Source of the DNA: an uncultured Planctomycetota bacterium
GTDB taxonomy: Bacteria > Planctomycetota > Planctomycetia > Isosphaerales > Isosphaeraceae
Reading direction: 5' to 3'
Length of the DNA stretch: 64,000 nt
Assembly: GCA_963823665.1 (NCBI GenBank)
Contig: CAWGMQ010000003.1
Coordinates: 1,728,001-1,792,000, forward strand
Both the position numbers and the translations under genes were made by a program. Positions 10,523-19,757 of the stretch are shown piece by piece. The notes beneath the pieces were generated by a model. The model saw only the letters and a list, made by a program, of their open reading frames with translations. It was not told the origin of the DNA and made no database searches. Each line of letters opens with the position of its first letter. Position 1 is the first letter of the stretch.

Positions 10523-11939
10523 ATGCGGGCGAGATCGACGTACCTGCGGTTGGCTGCAATGGTGGCGATCGGTTCGGCAATCACGGCCTCCGTGGTGAAT
10601 TCCGGCCGTGAAGCACGCTCGGACGAGACCGGCGGCTGGTCGACTCCGCTGGATCGCGCGGCCGCCGAGAGAGGTCGAACGGCGCTGGTACTCGAGGGAT
10701 TCCTCAAGCCCGAATGGAGCACCGCCGCCTACCGCAACGCTGGCCGCCAGTGGGAAGGGCCTGTGCCTGACCCGGAGAAAGAACCGGCCGCTTACGACGC
10801 CGCGTTCCGGCACCATTACGGCTTGCACCCTGCCCCTTATCCCAACGACGGGCTGCCGATGGGCCTGCGCAGGGGCATCGGGCCCGGCGGCGTCAAGACT
10901 GGCCTCCAGATCGACTGCATGCTCTGTCACGGCGGCTCGATCGGCGGCCAGAGCTACATCGGACTGGGGAATACCCAGCTCGACTCTGAAAGCCGTCCTG
11001 TTCGAGCTGACCATCGCCGACGGCAAGCGCCCGCCGTTCTCAACGTTCGTGCTCAACTCATCGCGCGGCACCAATAACGCCGGTCAGGTCGCCGCCGCCC
11101 TGCTGAGCTTGCGAAATCGTGATCTCACCGTCCGATCGTTTCCACTGCCCCTGGCGGTCAACCTGCCGGAGATGGATACGCCGCCCTGGTGGCACTTGAA
11201 ACGCAAGCGGACCATGTACTACGACGGTCGCACCGACGTGCGCTCCGTACGCACCAACATGCAGTTCATGCTGGGCGAAAAGAGCTTCGCCGACCTGCAA
11301 GCGCTCGAGCCGGCCTTCCGCGACGTCCAGGCCTTCCTCCGCAGCATCGAGCCGCCCAAGTACCCTTTCCCCATCGACGCGGAAAAAGCCGAGCGCGGAC
11401 GCATCGTGTTCGAAGCCAACTGTGCGACTTGCCACGGAACATATGGGCCCGACGGCCACTATCCCAACAAGATCATCCCGCTCGAAAAAATCGGCACCGA
11501 CCCGGCGCGCTTCCATGGCCTCTCCGACCGGCTGGTCGCCCACTACAATTCGACCTGGCTCGGCGCCGAGTATCCTGTCGAAACCAAGCGCGTAGGCTAT
11601 CAGGCCCCGCCTCTGGACGGCATCTGGGCGTCCGCTCCCTATCTGCACAACGGCTCGGTGCCGACGTTACACGCCATGCTCGACTCCACCACCCGCCCTG
11701 CCGTGTTCACCCGCCCGCCGTCGACTGACTTTTGCAACTACGACACGACGAACGTCGGCTGGAAGTTCAGCGAAGTGACCAAGGAAGATCTGGCCTCCAC
11801 TGCCAAGCGCTCGCGTTTCCAGGCCAAGTTCATCGTCGATACATCCCGGTTCGGTATGGGAAATCAGGGCCACACGTTTGGCGACGCACTTTCCGAGACG
11901 GAGCGACTCGATGTGATCGAGTATCTCAAAGGGCTTTAG
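10523..11939 (+). CDS. secreted di-heme cytochrome c (RoxA/cytochrome-c-peroxidase-like family), one frameshift near 10985
   Basis: Signal peptide; CxxCH motifs 'CMLCH' and 'CATCH'; 'GYQAPPLDGIWASAPYLHNGSVPTL'; 'GNQGHTFG'. RBS GGAGG precedes ATG 10523. Confidence 0.85.
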
Positions 11940-11942
11940 CCG

Positions 11943-12794
11943 TCACGGCGAAAGCTCACCAGGCGGGCTCGGCCCGCCTTCCGGCGGAAGATGCCGGTGG
12001 ATCGCGAAATCGTAAAGCGCGATACCCGCGAGCCCGCCCGCTAGCGGCGCCAAAATCGGGATCCAGAAGTAGCTGCCGTGCGACTGGAACACGGCCGAGC
12101 CCCAGCCCAGCAGCGCCGAGGCCAGTCGCGGGCCAAGGTCACGGGCCGGGTTAATCGCGTATCCGGTGAGCCCGCCCAGCGACAGTCCGATCGCCCATAC
12201 CAGGCCGCCAAGCGCCAGCGGCTCGACAAACCCGCCGGGCGCCGCATTGCGCCGATCGGTTAATGCCCGGACGCCTAGCAGCAACACCGCGGTGCCAAGG
12301 AACTCGCTGAAAACGTTCCGCCACGTCGTGTCGAACGCCGGAAACGTCGCAAAGACCCCCGCTCCGCCGGCCGAGGGCCCTACCAGTTTGCCGGCCTCCA
12401 TTATCCCGCGAATCACGTGCTCATCCCGCTCGAAGGCTTGAAACGCGTCGCCGTAATCCGCGTAGACCAAGAGCGCCCCGACGAAAGCACCCGCCAGTTG
12501 CGCTCCCCAGTACGGCAGCAAGCGATTAAGCGGGAAATCACCACGCGAAACCAGCGCGAGCGTCACGGCCGGGTTGATGTGCCCACCGCTCAGCCGGCCA
12601 CTGACATAAACCGCCAGCGCAACGGCCAGCCCCCAGCCGGTCGTGATCATCATGTTGTCGGGCTTGCGGTAGAGCAGCACGACGCCGGCAACCACGCCAT
12701 TTCCCAGGACGACGAGTAGCGCCGTTCCGAGAAATTCGCCGAGCATGGCGGCGTGAAGTGGCGGCTGCGCCGGCGCGTTCGATTCCTTCGCCAT
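11943..12794 (-). CDS. MIP family channel, aquaglyceroporin (GlpF-like)
   Basis: Two NPA boxes, 'SGGHINPAVT' and 'GYAINPARD'. Asp after NPAR is typical of glycerol facilitators. Confidence 0.9.
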   Translation of the reverse strand: MAKESNAPAQPPLHAAMLGEFLGTALLVVLGNGVVAGVVLLYRKPDNMMITTGWGLAVALAVYVSGRLSGGHINPAVTLALVSRGDFPLNRLLPYWGAQLAGAFVGALLVYADYGDAFQAFERDEHVIRGIMEAGKLVGPSAGGAGVFATFPAFDTTWRNVFSEFLGTAVLLLGVRALTDRRNAAPGGFVEPLALGGLVWAIGLSLGGLTGYAINPARDLGPRLASALLGWGSAVFQSHGSYFWIPILAPLAGGLAGIALYDFAIHRHLPPEGGPSPPGELSP

Positions 12795-12827
12795 GTCGAT
12801 GCCCTGTGCGAGGGTAGCAACTCGCTC

Positions 12828-14129
12828 CTAGCGGCCGCGCCGCTCCGGCTTGATCTCATCAACCTCGGGCGCCCGCGCGGCCCTCAGCTTCTTCGCAACC
12901 TCGCCCGCCTGGCGAAACGCGCGGAGAGCATTGCCTCCAAGGATCTTGTGCACGTCGGCTTCACTGTACCCGCGGCGCAGCAATTCTTCGGTCAAGCGAG
13001 GGTACGAGGCGACATCTTCGAGCCCCACCGGCCACATCGTGATCCCGTCAAAGTCTGAGCCGATGCCGACGTGGTCGATGCCGGCTGTTTTCACGATGTG
13101 ATCAATGTGGTTGACGACGTCGCGATACGATCCGCGCGAGAACTTCGCTGCGTCCGTCATGTACCACGCCTCGAGCGCCTTGGTGCGTTCTGCCCGGTCG
13201 GGATACTTGGCACGCAGCTCCTCGATCTTGGCCCGCATCTTCTTGCCCGATTCGGGAACGATGAAACCCGAGTAGAAGTTGACCATGACCACACCCCCAT
13301 TCTGCTTGACGAGCTTGAGAATCTCGTCCGGCACATTGCGGGGTGATGGGCAGAGTGCGTAGGCACTGGAGTGGCTGGCGATCAGCGGCGCTTCGGAAAC
13401 CCGCAGCGCATCCGCCATCGTGGCCGGCGACACGTGCGAAATATCCACGAGCATGCCGAGCCGATTCATCTCCTTCACGACGCGCTCGCCGAACGGCGAG
13501 AGGCCGTCGTGCTTGGGCGTGTCGGTCGCGGCGTCGGCCCAGTCGAGTGTCGTGTTGTGAGTGAGCGTCATGTAGCGGGCACCGAGCATGTAGAACGCCC
13601 GAAGCTGGGCGAGGCTGTTCTCGATGGCCACGCCCCCTTCGATGCCAATCAGCGAGGCGATCTTCCCTGCCTTGACAATTCGCTCGACGTCATCCGCCGA
13701 AAGAGCGATCTCGAACGCGTTCGGATAGCGCTCGACCATCCGGTGCACGAGATCGATCTGCTCGGTAACCGTACGCGCCGGGTTCGGGTGCTCGCTGGGG
13801 ATATAGACCGACCAGAACTGCGCTTTCACCCCTCCCTCGCGCAGGCGGGGAATATCCGTCTGCCCCGACGCGAGCCGCTGTGAAAGGTCAAACTTCGTCA
13901 AGCCGAAATCAGCCTCGGCGCGGAGGCGCCAGGGAAGATCGTTGTGTCCGTCGAAGAGCATCCCCGCGGCGTGAACTTGCCGGGCACGCTCGGAGATCGG
14001 CGGGAGCTTCTCCGGCTCATCCGCCCGGATTGCCGGCGATCCGGCCATCGCGACAATGAACACGAGCACCGTACGTTCGAGATATTTCATCCGCCGCATC
14101 AATCCCGCGAAACCCGACCGCAGTTGCAT
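12828..14129 (-). CDS. membrane dipeptidase (peptidase M19), secreted
   Basis: 'DGHNDLPW', 'IGIEGG', 'YMTLTH', 'MLVDISHVS', 'SHSSA', 'GIGSDFDG'. Start uncertain. Confidence 0.92.
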   Translation of the reverse strand: MQLRSGFAGLMRRMKYLERTVLVFIVAMAGSPAIRADEPEKLPPISERARQVHAAGMLFDGHNDLPWRLRAEADFGLTKFDLSQRLASGQTDIPRLREGGVKAQFWSVYIPSEHPNPARTVTEQIDLVHRMVERYPNAFEIALSADDVERIVKAGKIASLIGIEGGVAIENSLAQLRAFYMLGARYMTLTHNTTLDWADAATDTPKHDGLSPFGERVVKEMNRLGMLVDISHVSPATMADALRVSEAPLIASHSSAYALCPSPRNVPDEILKLVKQNGGVVMVNFYSGFIVPESGKKMRAKIEELRAKYPDRAERTKALEAWYMTDAAKFSRGSYRDVVNHIDHIVKTAGIDHVGIGSDFDGITMWPVGLEDVASYPRLTEELLRRGYSEADVHKILGGNALRAFRQAGEVAKKLRAARAPEVDEIKPERRGR

Positions 14130-14314
14130 GGCACCATCTTCCTTTATCTTGAGAGTTCTCCCGCGCGAGGTCCTATTCTGGTTGGGATCGGAGCCGGCGA
14201 CAATCCTCCGGCGGCCAGGAATTTCCTTTGGCGACATTACGGCGGGCAGCGTAAACTGACCGGCCGCCGAATGACGGCATCCCTCTCCACGTTTCCTGCG
14301 CGAGAACCGTTACC

Positions 14315-15277
14315 ATGCGACTCCCAGCCAAGCCATTGATGATTGTGCTTTGTTGCCCGCTCGCTCTAGCATTGCCGGCGCTCTGTGCTCTCGGCCAAGC
14401 CGGTGCAGACGACCGTCAGGGCGACGCCGCTGTCAAGCCAGTCGAGGTCGTGCGCACGAATGATTACACCGAGGGTGTAGTCGTCGACCACGACGGAAAC
14501 CTGTATTTTTCGCACGAGAAGATCGTGACCAAGGTCACTCCCGACGGCAAGGCGTCGACGTGGGCTCAGACAGGGTCTCCCAACGGCCATAAGGTTCTGG
14601 CCGACGGCACGCATCTGATCTGCGACGCGAGCCGGCACGCTCTCTTGCACCTGGCGGCCGATGGAACCGAGCTCAAGCCGGCCGCGACCGAGTCAGACGG
14701 CGAGTCGCTCCGCGGGCCCAATGACCTGACGCTTGATGCAGTCGGCGGGGTTTACTTCACCGACCCCGCCAGGTCCGATGACAAGAACCCGGACGGCTCC
14801 ATTCACTATCTCGATAAGGCCGGAACCTGCCACACCGTGGCCAAGCGTATTGCTTTCCCCAACGGCATTGTCATCCGCCCGGGCGGGAAAGAGCTCCTGG
14901 TCGGCGAAAGCCGCCGGAACCGGATCTTGAAGTTCCCGGTGCTCGAGCCCGGAAAGCTCGGTGAATCGAGCGTGCTGATCGACCTGCCGAAAAAGGGCGA
15001 GGGCCAGATCGACAATCAGCCCGACGGCATCGCGTTGGACGCGGACGGCAATCTTTATGTCGCCCATTACGGCATGCGGCAGATCCAGGTTGTGAGCCCG
15101 GAAGGCAAGTTAATTCACCAGTACCCGGGCGGCAACTTGACGACGTCCAACGTCGCCTTCGCCGGCGCCGCGATGGACAAGCTCTACACGACCGGAGGGA
15201 CGCCGGGCGCCCTCTTCCGGCTCGATCTGCCGGGCGTGAAGGGGCTCGTGATTCTGCCTCCAAAGACCAGCCCTTGA
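14315..15277 (+). CDS. SMP-30/gluconolactonase/LRE family beta-propeller
   Basis: Signal peptide; 'TEGVV', 'GPNDL', 'YFTDP', 'FPNGI', 'PDGIALDADGNLYVA'. Confidence 0.9.
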   Translation: MRLPAKPLMIVLCCPLALALPALCALGQAGADDRQGDAAVKPVEVVRTNDYTEGVVVDHDGNLYFSHEKIVTKVTPDGKASTWAQTGSPNGHKVLADGTHLICDASRHALLHLAADGTELKPAATESDGESLRGPNDLTLDAVGGVYFTDPARSDDKNPDGSIHYLDKAGTCHTVAKRIAFPNGIVIRPGGKELLVGESRRNRILKFPVLEPGKLGESSVLIDLPKKGEGQIDNQPDGIALDADGNLYVAHYGMRQIQVVSPEGKLIHQYPGGNLTTSNVAFAGAAMDKLYTTGGTPGALFRLDLPGVKGLVILPPKTSP

Positions 15278-15433
15278 CACCCCCGCGCCGCGCAACTTGG
15301 TGACCGGCCCACGACCGGGAACGAGGGATTCGTCGTTCCCGGGCGCAGGCAACGCTTGTCGGCGACTTCCAGAGCACCGCCTGACCACTTGCGCTCGCAT
15401 TCGTCCGCCAACCGCACACTTGACTGTCGCAGA

Positions 15434-15562
15434 CCCCCCAAAACGTCGTCATCGTCGTCATCTCCTTTCCACAACAGGAGTTACGAATGACGACGTTTTC
15501 TAAGCCGAAAAGCGACTCGAACCAACTCTCAAGCCCATCGACACTTACGAATGACGACGCCC
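15434..15562. repeat. structured ~130 bp intergenic element, copy 1
   Basis: CCCCCC-AAAA-CGTCGTCA-T-CGTCGTCA, 27-bp spacer ending TTACGAA, then TGACGACG-TTTT. A second TTACGAATGACGACG lies 64 bp later. Confidence 0.75.
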
Positions 15563-15950
15563 TCCGCGCCAAGGATGTCGGATTCAATGCCCGTCCCGTC
15601 CGACGCGCCCCGAGTCGGAACGTCCCCGGCCTCCTCGCCGCCAACGCCAGGGTTTCGGCTGTTTAGGTAAAACGTTGCGCACTCGGGCCCGCGACCACAC
15701 CGGCCCGAAGCGTAAGCGAGGATTCCGCTTACCCTTGCTCGCGTTTCCTGCAAGTGTGCCGCGGGTGTTACCCGCTATCTAACCAGGCCCCAGTTCGTTT
15801 TGTATATTCGACGCGCGTCCTTTCCCTGTAACGATTAAGGGAACGGGCCCGTCCACCCTGTTCGTTGGAAACGGATCGCCAGACCTCACCCCATCGTCGC
15901 CTGGAGTACCGCAAATCTGGGATTAAGAATCCCCCGCAACATCCGGGGGT

Positions 15951-15972
15951 CTTTCGCTCCGCAAAAGTGCGT
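15951..15972. repeat. REP-like palindrome, CTTCGCTCCGCGAAAG family
   Basis: CTTTCGCTCCGCAAAAGTGCGT. Related copies at 16335-16357, 34783-34805 (reverse) and 54484-54510. Confidence 0.6.
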
Positions 15973-16131
15973 CCCCGTTCCCATCGTTTGTAAGGCAACC
16001 AGACGTCTCCGATTCCCGATGATCCTTCGTGGACGCAGCTCGACCTCGAATCCAGCAAGCCCGCGGAGGCACCGGAATCCGTTGGGACAAACGGCAGTTC
16101 GCGGCAGTGTCTCGTGCAACGCGAATGCGTA

Positions 16132-16263
16132 CCCCCCAAAAGTGCCGTCATGCCGTCAGCGCCTTGCCGGGATTGAACTTACGTCTGACGGCGCCTTTTG
16201 GCCCTGGAACGCGAATCGACACATCTCTTTTCGCTCATGACGTTTAAGCCTGACGGCACTTTT
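16132..16263. repeat. structured ~130 bp intergenic element, copy 2
   Basis: CCCCCC-AAAA-GTGCCGTCA-TGCCGTCA, 27-bp spacer ending TTACGTC, then TGACGGCG..TTTT. A second TGACGGCA-CTTTT lies 65 bp later. Confidence 0.75.
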
Positions 16264-16703
16264 GCCAGCCTCCCCCATTTCCCCTCAGCGAGCAGGCGTT
16301 TCGTCAAACCCGAACGCTCCCGTCGATGCCCATCGTCGCCCTTCGCTCCGCCAAGGGATTCATCCGCCCTTGTCGGGCAGGCGGCGCAGAAGCGGCTTCC
16401 GCTCAGGGAAGAGACGGCGTACCCCGAGGCCCCGGATCTCCCTCCCACAGCGGTGAAAAAACAGGCCAAAAACATAGTGAACAACCCCATCGATTCGCAA
16501 TGGCAATTTTGCGTGGCCCGTGCCAAGAGCTGTTGCCATCGCCGAAGATCGCCGCGCTGTTCCGATTCGACTACGCCCATTGAACTTGCAGAACAGCCAC
16601 TCCACCCAAAGCAATCGTCGAGCCCGTCGGAAAAATGGCAAAAAATGGCAATCCTACGAGTCCTTTCAAGCATCCGTACACTAGTGTAAACCGGGCGCTT
16701 CCT

Positions 16704-16781
16704 GATCTTCATCCACCTCCCAATCTTAATCATAATCTTAATCTTAATCCTGGTCCCAATCTTAATTTTGATGTCGATCTC
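16704..16781. repeat. degenerate hexamer microsatellite (AATCTT)n
   Basis: aatctt aatcat aatctt aatctt aatcct ggtccc aatctt aatttt gatgtc gatctc from 16722, with similar hexamers from 16704. Confidence 0.75.
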
Positions 16782-17083
16782 ATTTCGGCTCGGACAACCG
16801 GGCCGCAGCCGTCACCCGCCCCACTCTGGCTGTGCCTCCAAAACGCGGCCGGTGCCACGAGCCCGCTCCCGCCGGCTGCAAGACGCACCGCGCAGCGCAC
16901 TCGCTCACGTACAATATGCGACGACTTTGCCGATTCGACGCGCCGTCGACCGGAAGATTTGCAGAAAGATTGCGGGTTCCATCGAAGACATCGATTAATG
17001 GACAAAATTCATTTTCTCCGTGCGCGCTTGCGCAGACCACACGCCCGCCCCCCCAGCCGTTCGGGACAACGCATCAGCTACAT

Positions 17084-17103
17084 TGGTTCCTGACACCTTT
17101 TTT
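17084..17103. repeat. TGGTTCCTGACACCTTTT REP-like motif
   Basis: Matches from memory a short extragenic repeat seen in planctomycetes. Single copy in this window, just after the DUF1501 stop. Confidence 0.4.
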
Positions 17104-17116
17104 CCGTCCCGCCGCA

Positions 17117-18325
17117 TTAGCCGTGCAACATCGAAAGCGGCTCGAATCGCTGCCCCAGAACCGCTTCCGCCGGCAACCCCAGCCACCTGTCCAGTAGCGT
17201 CGCGTAGACTCGGCGGAAGTCGATCGACCAGCGCAGGTCGCCATCGACCAGCTCGCCGAGCCGGGGCGTTTCGCCGATCAGGCCAGCCTTGGCCTTCGAG
17301 CCGGCGAGGATGACCGGACCCGCCGTGCCGTGATCTGTACCAAGCGATCCGTTCTCGGTGGGGCGCCGGCCGAATTCGCTGAAGGCCATGAGCAGCACGC
17401 CATCGGCCAGCTTGGCGGCGGCCAGGTCGTCCAGGAAGGCACGGATGGACCGCGCGAAATCGCCGAGCAACTGCGCCTGGACCGGCAACTGCCCTGCGTG
17501 CGTATCGTAGCCGGACTGGATCGTGTAATAGACCCGCGCCGTCGCCCCCGCCTTGATGGATCGAGCGACCAGCTCCAGATGGCGGCCCAGTTGGCAATCC
17601 GGGTAACGGGCAGTGGTGCCGCTCGCTCGTCCGGCGGAAGCCGTGAGCTGTTCGGCGGTCGTGTATGCGCTCGTCACCGTGCGATTGACGAACGCGGCGA
17701 GGTCATCGCCGGCCTGTCGGTCGGGTGATGCAACCGCCGCCGCCGGGAGCGCCAGCGCGAGGTCGGCTGGATCTGCGAACGATGCGGACATGGTCCGTCG
17801 CCCGCGCAACGCCCGGGGCAGATCGCGCTCGCCGATGAACACGGCCGATGGCCCCAGAGGCGAGCTAGCGGGCTTGGCGGCCGACACGCCGTCGAGGGCA
17901 CGGCCAAGCCAACCGTGGAACTCGGGTCCGGGATTCTCCGGCTGCGCGGTCTGCCAGATGGCCATGCTCCGGAAGTGCGACCGATCCGGATTCGGGTAGC
18001 CCACCCCTTGCACGATCGCCAGCCGGCCGTCCTGGATCATGTCGGCCGCGGGTCGCAACGCAGGGTGCAGGCCGACGCCATCGGTCACCTTGCACACACG
18101 GTCGGTCGGGATTCGCAGCTCGCGGCGATGCCGGGCATAGTCCTCATCCCCGAACGGGACGACGGTGTTGATGCCGTCGTTGCCCCCGTCGAGCTGGACC
18201 ACGACCAGGATGCGACCGTCGCGCTCGGGCCCGGCCGCCATCGCGGTTCGCGAGAGGAAGCCCGGCACGGTCGGGGCCATCGAGAGCATGACCGAACGCT
18301 TCAACAGGCTGCGACGGGTAAGCAT
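17117..18325 (-). CDS. DUF1501 family protein, Tat-exported
   Basis: 'MLTRRSLLK' Tat signal; 'VVVQLDGGNDGINTVVP', 'VGYPNPDRSHFRSMAIW', 'GYDTH', 'SEFGRR...ENGSLGTDHG'. Confidence 0.92.
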   Translation of the reverse strand: MLTRRSLLKRSVMLSMAPTVPGFLSRTAMAAGPERDGRILVVVQLDGGNDGINTVVPFGDEDYARHRRELRIPTDRVCKVTDGVGLHPALRPAADMIQDGRLAIVQGVGYPNPDRSHFRSMAIWQTAQPENPGPEFHGWLGRALDGVSAAKPASSPLGPSAVFIGERDLPRALRGRRTMSASFADPADLALALPAAAVASPDRQAGDDLAAFVNRTVTSAYTTAEQLTASAGRASGTTARYPDCQLGRHLELVARSIKAGATARVYYTIQSGYDTHAGQLPVQAQLLGDFARSIRAFLDDLAAAKLADGVLLMAFSEFGRRPTENGSLGTDHGTAGPVILAGSKAKAGLIGETPRLGELVDGDLRWSIDFRRVYATLLDRWLGLPAEAVLGQRFEPLSMLHG

Positions 18326-18346
18326 GGTCGAGACTCCAAAAGTTTG

Positions 18347-19724
18347 TCAGTTCAACTGGGCTTCCGGTCGCGAGAGCAGCAGGGCAACGGAGCGGTTGAA
18401 TCGCTCGGCGTCCGAGCCGCCTTCCGACGCCGATTTTTCGAGAATCGTCCGGCAGGTTGTCGCTTCGATCGAGCGGCCCAGCGCGAGATCGCCGAAGAAG
18501 CGCAAGGCATCGCTCGAGTCTGTGCCGCGTCCGTGGCGTGCGGCCAGGCTACGGAGGTCAGGCAGATCGGCGGTGGACCCGGAATTCAATCGGCCACCGA
18601 CCAGCGCCGCCGCGAAGTTGGCCCGGCCGACGACCGAGCGCCCCGACAACCAGCTTCGACCGCCCGGCCAGCCACCCACGTTCGGCGGGAAGAAGAGCTC
18701 CTGTCCGAGGCGGCCGGTCCACTCGGCGAGCAAGAGCGTGCTCGGGGGCGGGTCGAAGCGCTCGAGACTCCGCACCGTGGCGATCACGAAGGGGACCGGC
18801 TCCGAGACCTGTGCGTGCAGGTTGCATGCGGAGAAGAACCGCTCCGACCGGAGGATCATCTCGACCGCCCGCCCGACGTGCAGGCCGTCGGCTCGCAATC
18901 GGTCTGCCAGCTCGGCCACGGCAGGCTCGTCAGCGACGTTCTCGCCGAGGAACGACTGGCACAACCGCCAGGCCAACCTTCGAGCCGTGGCCGGTTGCTC
19001 GAGCAGCACGTCAGCGACCTTGTCGCCGTCGAAGCGGTCGCTTTTCCCCAGGATGGTCTTGGGCGAGTCGTCGTGCCAGTCTGGTCGGAGGGCGTACTGG
19101 CCGTGGACGACCGTCCGGCCGGTCAGCGCCCGCGCGACCTCCTTCACGTCGCGCTCGGAGAACTGGCCGACGCCGAGTGTGAAGAGCTCCATCAACTCGC
19201 GGGCGAGGTTCTCGTTCGGCTTTCCCTTCCGGTTCGACGATGCGTCGAGCCAGCCGAGGAGGGCCGGATCGCAGAGCATCGCACGGAGCAAATCGCCGAA
19301 CGGCCCGCGAGCGTCGCGGCGGAAGGTCTCGTTCTGACGACGCATTGCGTCGACGTCTTCGACCTTGAGCTGGCTGGTGGCGAAGTGGTTGTGCCAGAGG
19401 AGCGTCAGGCGTTCGGTCAGGGGGTCGGGCGTGAAGAGCATCCGGAAGAGCCACCAGGCCTGGAGCCGGTGCGAGTCGCCGGCCGCCGGCGGCTGCGTCG
19501 CCCAGCAGATCGGCCGTTGCCGCGAATTCCGCGAGAATGCCCTGCGTACGACTCGTGCCGTTCAGGACCCGGTCCACCGCCGCTTCGGGACCGCCTTCCA
19601 GGTCGCGCTGTAATTCGTCCCAGGTCGCGGCGAAGCCGGCCCGGCGGCGGAGCGTCCAGGCGCGAGCCAGGTCCCAGGGGACACTCGGGCTCGGACGATA
19701 CGCCGACCATCGCGAAGGCCTCAT
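18347..19724 (-). CDS. DUF1800 family protein (frameshifted near 19450-19500)
   Basis: 'RRAGF', 'ERLTLLWHNHFATS', 'PNENLARELMELFTLG', 'GQELFFPPNVGGW'. N-part is in ORF 19011-19724, C-part in 18347-19441. Confidence 0.9.
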
Positions 19725-19757
19725 CGGAATTGGCTCCCGCCCGAAATGAACCGTTGG

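Noticed and set aside
16198..17197. ORFs in the 15.3-17.1 kb gap
   Set aside because: Atypical composition, translated microsatellite (NLNHNLNLN), and no recognisable motifs.
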